From Eledone cirrhosa (taxonomy: Eukaryota): a stretch of 64,000 nt of DNA. The DNA lies in assembly GCA_964016885.1 (NCBI GenBank), contig OZ024741.1, positions 403,248,001 to 403,312,000 on the forward strand, read 5' to 3'. The first letter of the stretch is position 1. Each line of letters starts with the position of its first letter. Under the pieces are notes generated by a model. The model did not search any database. It saw only the letters and a list, made by a program, of their open reading frames with translations, and was not told the DNA's origin. The position numbers and the translations under genes were made by a program. Positions 28,393 to 37,275 of this stretch are shown one piece after another.

Positions 28393-28443
<51 letters not shown>

Positions 28444-28742
28444 TGAAACAAAATGAAAACGAAATTTCATTTCTCACTCTTAGTATGGCACTTACTTAAA
28501 TGTAAGTATGCATGTATACGTACATACATATATGTATACAGACGTACAGTAGCATGCACATATATATATATATATATACATATATATATACATATGCATA
28601 CAGGTACACATACATATATGCACGTATCAGTTTAGCGGCGCTAACGTCGCTTTGTTCGTTTGTAAACAAACTGAACAGCCTGAATTTATGCCATACGGTG
28701 TTAAGGCAACCACGTCACCTTTTTGTTCAACACTGACACAGG

Positions 28743-28787
28743 AACGATGTACTAGTTTCAAGCTTGTTAGCTATCATCAGCACCGTT
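28743..28787 (-). ncRNA. Minimal type I hammerhead ribozyme
   Basis: Exact reverse complement of 29125-29169. Confidence 0.8.
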
Positions 28788-29124
28788 TACCCATCTGCCA
28801 GATAGTTGAACGTTCGAAAGTATATACTTTCCTTATGAAAATTAACGGCTGAGCAGCCTAATTTGCATATTGAGTGAGTTAAATCGGTCAGGCATACCGA
28901 AAACGATAAATTGAAACAAAATGAAAACGAAATTTCATTTCTCACTCTTAGTATGGCACTTACTTAAATGTAAGTATGCATGTATACGTACATACATATA
29001 TGTATACAGACGTACAGTAGCATGCACATATATATATATATATACATATATATATACATATGCATACAGGTACACATACATATATGCACGTATCAGTTTA
29101 GCGGCGCTAACGTCGCTTTGGGTA

Positions 29125-29169
29125 AACGGTGCTGATGATAGCTAACAAGCTTGAAACTAGTACATCGTT
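29125..29169 (+). ncRNA. Minimal type I hammerhead ribozyme
   Basis: Stem I aacggtg/catcgtt; CTGATGA 29132-29138; stem II t-agct-aaca-agct-t; GAAA; palindromic stem III actagt; GUA site (cut after 29162). Confidence 0.8.
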
Positions 29170-29405
29170 CCTGTGTCAGTGTTGAACAAAAAGGTGACGT
29201 GGTTGCCTTAACACCGTATGGCATAAATTCAGGCTGTTCAGTTTGTTTACAAACGAACAAAGCGACGTTAGCGCCGCTAAACTGATACGTGCATATATGT
29301 ATGTGTACCTGTATGCATATGTATATATATATGTATATATATATATATATGTGCATTCTACTGTACGTCTGTATACATATATGTATGTACGTATACATGC
29401 ATACT

Positions 29406-29467
<62 letters not shown>

Positions 29468-29558
29468 TATAGAAGCTCTTCTATATTAAAAGATTTATAC
29501 TCTGCTATGTATTGAGTACCTTACTTACTGTGGTTACCTCCGATTCAACCCGGAATAA

Positions 29559-29648
<90 letters not shown>

Positions 29649-29653
<5 letters not shown>

Positions 29654-30067
29654 AGATCAAAAGATGGTTAAAAGAGTTCCAAGTATTTTATTATGCGCAT
29701 TTCAAAAACAAATATCATCATGTGATAACATTTGCGTTTTCGCCAGATAAAATAGGGAGACATGATATGAAGGTTAAAAAACACTTGTGAATAGTGCAGT
29801 TTTAAATCAACATATGTTGATTTAAAACTGCACTATTCACAAGTGTTTTTTAACCTTCATATCATGTCTCCCTATTTTATCTGGCGAAAACGCAAATGTT
29901 ATCACATGATGATATTTGTTTTTGAAATGCGCATAATAAAATACTTGGAACTCTTTTAACCATCTTTTGATCTTATATATTATTTATACTCCAGTCCTAC
30001 AAACTGTAGAGTGCTACTTATCCGATATCTGCATTGCTTTATTGTACTACAATAAAACTCACCTCCT
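29649..30067 (+). mobile_element. Fold-back element: ~330 bp loopless palindrome plus ~88 bp tail in (TA)n
   Basis: Centre aacat|atgtt at 29813/29814; arms ~165 bp and apparently identical. Confidence 0.85.
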
Positions 30068-30138
<71 letters not shown>

Positions 30139-30140
<2 letters not shown>

Positions 30141-30319
30141 AAAAGAATCAGGACCCCGACGGCTGAGCTCCGGCCGTTTCGACAGCTATTTCTATTTCTG
30201 AACTGGCCGGAGCTCAGCCGCCGGGGTCCTGACTCTTTTCCTATTACCTACTCAACTACCCATAGTATCGAGTAATCTGGTGCGTTATGGTCCACCTGGT
30301 TCCTTATCCCACTTCCTTC

Positions 30320-30322
<3 letters not shown>
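30139..30322 (+). mobile_element. Fold-back family A, copy 2
   Basis: Same left end and tail as 24920-25131 but a different inversion junction; (TA)n on both sides. Confidence 0.85.
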
Positions 30323-30382
<60 letters not shown>

Positions 30383-30520
30383 TTTGAGTATATCTTGGTT
30401 GTTTACCGACACCCCGGTATGCAGATTGGAGCACTCGACTTTAATAAACGAAGCCAAATTTTAAATATTTGACTTAATTATTTTATTTTATTTTATATAT
30501 ATATATATATATACACACAC

Positions 30521-30950
30521 AATTAGGTAGTAACATGTGCTTACGCGGTATTTCACTAAATAGAATTAGTCTGTTAGTTGGGATTTAAAAAAACCCTGAA
30601 TGGGTAAAAGGATGAGTATTGACGTACCTAGGACACGAACTCACATCCTTGGTTTGTGTCTCCCTATTTATATACACATATATATATACCTCCTATGGTT
30701 ATAAAGCTTCTAATTGAACGGAGGGAAGCATGTTGGTGTAATGGGAACATTTGGTCCGGCAAACCAAAGATGTGGGTTCGTCTCCAATGTTTGTCAATAC
30801 TCATTTTATTTTCCGTTCAGAGTGTTTATTGAAATCCCAACTAACAGACTAATTCTATTTAGTCAAATACGGCGTAAGCACATGTTACTACCTAATTTTC
30901 AAATTCACTAGCTGTTTGTAAACAAAGCCTGCTTTGTGTCTCCCCATTTA
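30521..30950. mobile_element. tRNA-headed SINE-like element (30715-30950, +) preceded by an inverted, diverged partial copy (30521-30670)
   Basis: A box tggtgtaatgg at ~30733, B-box-like gggttcg at ~30774; 30521-30656 is the reverse complement of ~30760-30897; both copies end tgtgtctccc(c/t)attta + microsatellite. Confidence 0.65.
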
Positions 30951-30978
30951 CACACACACACTTATATACATACACACA

Positions 30979-31047
<69 letters not shown>

Positions 31048-31104
31048 GTTAAAACAGAAAACAAAAACAAAGCGAAGAGTGTAGTACAAAGTGTTAGGTT
31101 CACG

Positions 31105-31198
<94 letters not shown>

Positions 31199-31942
31199 AG
31201 ACACGCAGTGATTAACAACAGAATGTTTTAAGTCTGCGTGTCTGACATATATGCGTAACTTGTGAGTACAACATTCAAGGGGTTTCGCTGGCCGTGGTGA
31301 TCCCTGCCAAACATCTTTTGTAATGTATCGTCTTATTGGTTAATTTTATCGTCTTATTGGCTAATCAACCAATGAGAGTAATCGTTGCACAACAGCATCC
31401 GACACTTTGTTTGCACGTTTATTTATCGTTTCGCTTTCGAATCGTCCTCCTGTATTTTGTCGTTTATCATCAAAATATTTTTCTCGTTTTGGTAAATTAT
31501 ATTGTTAATTTATATATAATTTTTAAAATTTATATTAACTATTTTTTTTCAGTTCGTTATAGCATGCTTATAATATTGGTTGTATCATATTTACTTGTAT
31601 ATTTGTCCATATTATTGTTCGTTTTATGTTAGATTATTTTATTATTATTATGTTGGATTATTTTTTTTATTATTATGTTAGACTATTTGTATGTAATATT
31701 TAATTTTTATTAATTCAGCTATAACAATCATTATGTAAAATATATTTATTTAATATTGATTTTTTTTGTAGTTGTTTATATTAAAAGTCTGAAAATATTT
31801 TTAGACATCTTACAATAATATTTATAGGATCATTTATAAAATAACAATTATATAATCTAATTACATTACAACGATAATTTATTATTAATATATATCATGT
31901 TTAACTAGAGTTATTACAAGCGTTGCCTTAAAAAAATATTGA

Positions 31943-32387
31943 ACTAGACCTGAAAAATGCGCAAGCTCAAAAGAGCCACATAATGTTATAATAAACCTTC
32001 AAAAGTGTGGGACTAGAGTTGTTGCTCAAAAATATTGTAATCATTATCTATCGTACATTCTGTGGCATCCTTTTATAAAAAAGAGAATCATAACGAACTC
32101 AAGACGACACGATAATTATTTAAGTGAATTTATAATATAGAATTCGGTTTAAGTACATTTCGTATTAATCATTACTAAACATCTAATATGAGATATTGAA
32201 CATTAGCTTAAATAATTATCGTGTCGTCTTGAGTTCGTAATGAGTCTCTTTTTTTATAAAAGGATGCCACAAAGTGTACGATAGATAAATATTACAATAT
32301 TTTTGAGCAACAACTCTAGTCCCACACTTTTGAAGGTTTATTATAACATTCTGTGGCTCTTTTGAGTTTGCGCATTTTTCAGGTCTA

Positions 32388-32389
<2 letters not shown>
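31943..32389. mobile_element. Fold-back/MITE-like element with ~182 bp inverted arms and ~82 bp spacer
   Basis: actagacctgaaaaatgcgcaa...ttgcgcatttttcaggtctagt; arms 31943-32124 and 32207-32389 with several mismatches. Confidence 0.85.
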
Positions 32390-32440
<51 letters not shown>

Positions 32441-32481
32441 GAAAATAAACCAAAGAAGCCTTCAATACATCAAAAGTCTTT

Positions 32482-32526
32482 ATTAGCCAACAATGTTTCG
32501 TCCTATTAAGGACTCATCAGGGCAAT
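32482..32526 (-). ncRNA. Type I hammerhead ribozyme (inverted copy)
   Basis: Reverse complement of 32705-32749. Confidence 0.85.
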
Positions 32527-32704
32527 TAAAGCTATAAGAAGCACTATCGGCCAATATAATATGGTTCAAAATGTTATTCACTTCCTTAGCAATTTTTACT
32601 TGATAATTTTTAACCGATAATTTTCCTATGTTTTAATGTATGTACACTCCATATTCTTCTGAGTTTTCGGCTTGTATTGGCCGATAGTGCTTCTTATAGC
32701 TTTA

Positions 32705-32749
32705 ATTGCCCTGATGAGTCCTTAATAGGACGAAACATTGTTGGCTAAT
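32705..32749 (+). ncRNA. Type I hammerhead ribozyme with canonical core
   Basis: attgcc-CTGATGA-gtcct(taat)aggac-GAAA-cattgt-T-ggc(t)aat; GUU site, cut after 32742. Confidence 0.85.
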
Positions 32750-32931
32750 AAAGACTTTTGATGTATTGAAGGCTTCTTTGGTTTATTTTCATAATTCTTC
32801 GGCTCTGTTTAATTACATTGAGCTATACCTTTACTGTCATTTCTATAATACGAAGAGGGTATTTAACTCCAACACACTCTAGTATTTTAATTCTTATATA
32901 TATATATATATTTATTAAAATAACAGATTAA

Positions 32932-32982
32932 AGTTTAAGCAAAGAATCGCTGCTTTCACCCTTAACGGGATCTTCTGAAACT
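32932..32982 (-). ncRNA. Variant type I hammerhead (inverted copy)
   Basis: Reverse complement of 33205-33255. Confidence 0.7.
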
Positions 32983-33204
32983 AACAAAGAGAATATTAGT
33001 CTACGACCTCTTTTATACCATAAACGTGGTTCTGTCTTTGCGTGTAATTGTTTTTCACCGCTTCTATTAATGACGTATTATATTCGTTTTTTCCCGTTCT
33101 TTGCCAGGGAACGTTTCCACGAACCAAAGTATCGTCTTCCTGTCTTCCTCCGGTTGCAATGTTTTTTGAAATATCCACTTCTGCGTTTACAGATTGACTT
33201 TGTT

Positions 33205-33255
33205 AGTTTCAGAAGATCCCGTTAAGGGTGAAAGCAGCGATTCTTTGCTTAAACT
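33205..33255 (+). ncRNA. Variant type I hammerhead (CAGAAGA core)
   Basis: Stem I agttt/aaact; CAGAAGA; stem II t-ccc-gttaa-ggg-t; GAAA; stem III agca/tgct with 9 nt loop; CUU site. Confidence 0.7.
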
Positions 33256-33500
33256 TTAATCTGTTATTTTAATAAATATTTGTTCTACGGTTCTTATATA
33301 TTTGATATATATTTATCCTTATCGAGCCCTCTTTGGATTTTAGTCTTCAAATTTATTATTATTACTATATATATATATATATATATCCATATATCCAAAA
33401 TTAATTAAATTAAATTAAATTAGGGGTGTCATGTCCGAGACATGCGCCATATCCACCGTAGAATAAGCTCAAAGATTCCAATGAATAGATCCGAGCATTT

Positions 33501-33821
33501 TATATCAACTAGAAATTGAATGACATATATATATATTTAAAATAAACACATGAAACAATCACAGGGGATAATTTGTAAAGTCTGTAATCACACATAGCTC
33601 GGTAGGTAACTAGTTAAAGTTTAACTAGAGCTTCAAATATTATCTTTTAAAAAATGATTAATCATTTTTTAAAAGGTAATATTTGAAGCAGCTCTACTTA
33701 AACTTCAATTAGTTACCTACCTAGCTATGTGTGATTACACACTTTACAAATTATCCCCTGTGATTGTTTCATGTGTTTATTTTAAATATATATATATGTC
33801 AATCAATTTCTAGTTGATATA
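33501..33821. repeat. ~320 bp loopless imperfect palindrome
   Basis: Centre tgatt|aatca at 33659/33660; arms ~160 bp with scattered mismatches. Confidence 0.85.
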
Positions 33822-33849
33822 TGTATATATAATCAGAAGACTAAACACA

Positions 33850-34350
33850 ACGCAGTAAGGAATATGTATAACCCAGATGAATCAAATAAGTGTCTGTTAT
33901 GTGGGAAGGAGGTGGAAAGTGTGACACAGATCGCGAATGTATGTGACACACACATGCTTGCTCAGAAGGAATATAAAAGATGTCATCTCCAATGGTTTTA
34001 TACAAGCAATATGGCTTTGCATCCAATGAGAAATAGTATCAGCTCAAACCAGAGAAGGTCCTAGAAAATGAAACTGTGGGATTTTCCAATTCAGACAGAT
34101 AAAGTTCTTGAAAATACAAGACTAGAGATAAGTTTGGTGGTGAAAAGTACTGAAATGAGGTGTTTGTTGATAGATGTAGCTTGCCAAGAAGACCAACACA
34201 TCAATAGTAAAGAACACGAGAAAATTGTAAAGACTTGAGAATAGATGTGGAGAGAATGTGGAATATGGAAGCAAATGTGGTATCAATTGTGATTGGAGCA
34301 TTTGGGTTGGTGACAGAAAACCCCCAGAAAAACCTTGATAGAATTGGAAT
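33850..34350 (+). pseudogene. Decayed RLE-type non-LTR retrotransposon C-terminus (R4/Dong-like)
   Basis: CLLCGKEVESVTQIANVC...LAQKEYKRCH zinc-knuckle remnant; LWDFPIQTDKVLENTRLEISLVVKSTEMRCLLIDVAC endonuclease motif; RMW...VVSIVIGAFG; frameshifted. Confidence 0.8.
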
Positions 34351-34394
34351 ATACAACAGCAACAAAACTACCGTATCATTCGTCATTTCTTCAG

Positions 34395-34800
34395 GTATAC
34401 TTAATACAGTATATTCTAGAACAATACCAATCTGTTGTCCTCTCTTCAGAGGTACCATTATTTAGTACAGTATATTCTAGAACAATACCAATCTGTTGTC
34501 CTCTCTTCAGAGGTACCATTATTTAGTACAGTATATTCTAGAATTATACCAATCTGTTGTCCTCTCTTCAGAGGTACCATTATTTAGTACAGTATATTCT
34601 AGAATTATACCAATCTGTTGTTCTCTCTTCAGAGGTACCATTATTTAGTACAGTATATTCTAGAATTATACCATTCTGTTGTACATCCCCCAGGTATACA
34701 ATTTCTTAGTACAGTATGTTCTAGAACTATACAAATCTGTTGTCTTCTCTTCAGGTATACCATTACTTAGTATAGCATATTCTAAAACAATACGAGATGT
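34395..34800. repeat. 61 bp minisatellite, about 6 copies
   Basis: tacagtatattctaga at 34405, 34466, 34527, ... Confidence 0.92.
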
Positions 34801-34829
34801 TGTATCTATTTAAATATAGGTTGGCTCAC

Positions 34830-34931
34830 CTGTTAATATTTAATGCCATAACAACGTAGTCTTGACATGACAAGAGACGAACTATGTTCTCCATCCAGAA
34901 AGAAAAATATGGTGGACGAGGATATCAATTG
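34830..34931 (-). CDS. Candidate exon (QLISSSTIFFFLDGEHSSSLVMSRLRCYGIKY*), product unknown
   Basis: Acceptor tttctcag, donor cag|gtgagc; phase 0 matches the candidate exon at 35460-35575. Confidence 0.3.
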
Positions 34932-34942
34932 CTGAGAAACTG

Positions 34943-35435
34943 ATGTGTGTGTCTGTGCGAGTGTGTCTGTGCGAGTGTGTGTGTGTGTGTATGTGTGTGG
35001 GTGTGTGTGTGTGGGTGTGTGGGTGTGTGTGTGAGAGAGCGTGAGAAGAGAGAGAGGGAGAGGGGAGAGAGAGGGGATGTGTTTGTGTGTGTAAGAGAGA
35101 GAGAGAGAGAGAGAGAGAGCGTGAGAGAGAGGGAGAGAGAGAGAGCGTGAGAGAGAGAGAGAGAGGGGGTGTTTGTGTGTGTAAGAGAGAGAGGGGGTGT
35201 TTGTGTGTGTAAGAGAGAGAGGGGGTGTTTGTGTGTGTAAGAGAGAGAGAGAGAGAGAGGGGGTGTTTGTGTGTGTGTGTGAGAGAGAGAGAGAATCTTT
35301 GTGCGCATATAATAGATAGAGAGATAAAGTATGAAAGGGAGAAAAGAGAGAGAGAAAAAGATAGAGATAGAAAGACAGAAGAAAGAAAGGTAGTGAAAGA
35401 GAGAGAAAGAAAGAAAGACATAGAGGGAGAGGAAG
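34943..35435. repeat. Compound (GT)n/(GA)n tract
   Basis: Direct reading. Confidence 0.9.
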
Positions 35436-35459
35436 GTGACGAGGTAACATGACACGAAC

Positions 35460-35575
35460 TGTTGATCTCAAGACTTCTTCTCTTAATATGCTATCTAGTG
35501 AATCATCAATGTTTCCAATGTCGTTTGACCTGTTAGAAATATCAACCAAATCTCCCTCAAATAACATTATACTAT
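35460..35575 (-). CDS. Candidate exon ((D)SIMLFEGDLVDISNRSNDIGNIDDSLDSILREEVLRST), product unknown
   Basis: Acceptor tatttttcaaag, donor aca|gttcgt, open frame with protein-like composition in unique sequence. Confidence 0.35.
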
Positions 35576-35947
35576 CTTTGAAAAATAGAATTATTTTTAA
35601 AAACATCAAGTCCTAGATACTGGAAAGCTTTTGATGATGCCTGCACAGTGAGAACTGACCTGGAGATACACAACAGTATCAAACAAATCTATAGGGAAAT
35701 CAAATCCCACATTGTATTTATATATATGGATGAATAATTTATTGGTTTGTCCTGTTGATACAGATGTGTGAGATATTAAATTATATTGTTTATTGATTTC
35801 ATTGATCGGGTATAGATGAGACAATATGGCGCAGATTACTTGTGTTATGTTTTGAAATAATTTTAGGTGTTATTGAAACAAATTCCTCATACTGATATGT
35901 TTATAGGTGTTATTATCTATACACTGAAGGGGGGGGGGGGGGGGGCG

Positions 35948-36750
35948 TTGGATTGGCAGTATCGGTAGAGAGTCGGACGTCATGCTGAGTTCAAATCCCG
36001 CCGAGGTTAACTTTGCCTTTCATCCTTACGGGGTCGATAAAATAAAGTACCAGTAATGCACTGGGTATTTGCTGGCCTTGTGCCAAAAGTAGAAACAATT
36101 ATATATACACTGAAGGGGCAATGATTGGCAGTAATTGGTAGAGCTTTTCAGTATAGAGTTATGGCCCTTTACGTTCTGAGTTCAAATCCCGCCGAGCTTA
36201 GATTTCATCCTTACAGTTCCGATAAAATAAAGTACCAGTAACGTACTGGGGCATTTTAATCGACTTTTCCTTCCTCCAAAATTGTTGGTTGAGTCTAAAT
36301 AAAAGACCATTGAGTGAGGGTGATAGAATGGCAGTATCGGTAGGGTGTCGGATAACATGCTTTGCAGCATATAGTTATCTCCCTTTATGTTCTGTGTTCA
36401 AATGCCGTCAAGGTCAACTTTGTTTTACATCATTCCGAGGTCGATAAAAAAGTAACCGTTGCGTACTGGGTCGAATAAATCAACCTTCTCCTCCCCCAAA
36501 TTGCTGGTCTTGGGGCTATATTAGAAACTATTATCTACGTATTAATAACGTATTAGGTTTGGCCGAATTGGTAGAGTTACGGATAAATTACCTTTGTGGT
36601 ATTTGTTCCGCCTCTTTACGTGCTGAGTTCAAATCCCATCGAGGTCAGCTTTGCCTTTCATCCTTACGATGTTAACAAAATAAAGTACCAGTTGCGTACT
36701 TGGATCGATGTAATAGAATCTCCTCTCCTCACAAATTGCTGGCCTTGAAA
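35948..36750 (+). mobile_element. Four head-to-tail main SINE copies after a G homopolymer (35928-35945)
   Basis: Four A-box heads and gagttcaaatcc B boxes. Confidence 0.9.
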
Positions 36751-36809
36751 TCATTATATACAAGAGAACTCAATTGTTTTGTTAGAATAAAATATATAAT
36801 ATATACGGT

Positions 36810-36995
36810 TATAGTTCCAGCCTGTATCATTAGATTCTTGTCCTATAGTTCCAGCCTGTAGCATTATATTCTTGTCCTATAGTTCCAGCCTGTAGCATTA
36901 GATTCTTGTCCTATAGTTCCAGCCTGTAGCATTAGATTCCTGTTCTCGGAAATATATAGGTCTATAGTTCCAGCCAATAGCATTACATTCCTGTC
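36810..36995. repeat. 34 bp minisatellite (tatagttccagcctgtagcattagattcttgtcc), about 5 copies
   Basis: Starts at 36810, 36844, 36878, 36912. Confidence 0.9.
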
Positions 36996-37084
36996 CTCGG
37001 AAATTCTCCAGAGAGGATTTCCGTATAAACTTTCATCTGTAATACGTTGACGCCAGTTTATATTTATTATAATCGTAAGTTATG

Positions 37085-37275
37085 GGCGGTGGATCGGCAG
37101 TATCGGTAGAAGGTCGGACGCCATGCTTTGACGCATAGAGTTACGGCCCTTGCCGATCTGAGTTAAAATCCACCGAGGTTAACTTTGCCTTTCATCCTTA
37201 CAGGGTCGATAAAATAAAGTACCCGTAATGCACTGGAATAATTGCTGGCCTTGTGCCAAAAGTAGAAACAATTAT
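37085..37275 (+). mobile_element. Main SINE copy (short-tail subfamily)
   Basis: Full head, core and tail. Confidence 0.9.

Larger units (their letters stand above)
28441..29410 (-). mobile_element. Retrozyme / non-autonomous Penelope-like element: ~1.45 tandem copies of a 468 bp unit plus an inverted duplicate
   Basis: 28441-28654 repeats at 28909-29120 (offset 468); 29120-29410 is the reverse complement of ~28500-28791; flanked by (TA)n on both sides; contains an HHR. Confidence 0.75.
32436..32895 (+). mobile_element. Fold-back Penelope-like fragment with a hammerhead in each arm
   Basis: Arms 32436-32556 and 32675-32795, ~100 bp tail, TA tracts on both sides. Confidence 0.8.
32908..33367 (+). 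mobile_element. Fold-back Penelope-like fragment with a variant hammerhead in each arm
   Basis: Arms 32908-32989 and 33198-33279, ~88 bp tail, TA tracts on both sides. Confidence 0.8.

Noticed and set aside
28861-28868. Octamer ATTTGCAT in the 468 bp unit as a promoter element
   Set aside because: A single 8-mer in AT-rich DNA is insufficient without family conservation data
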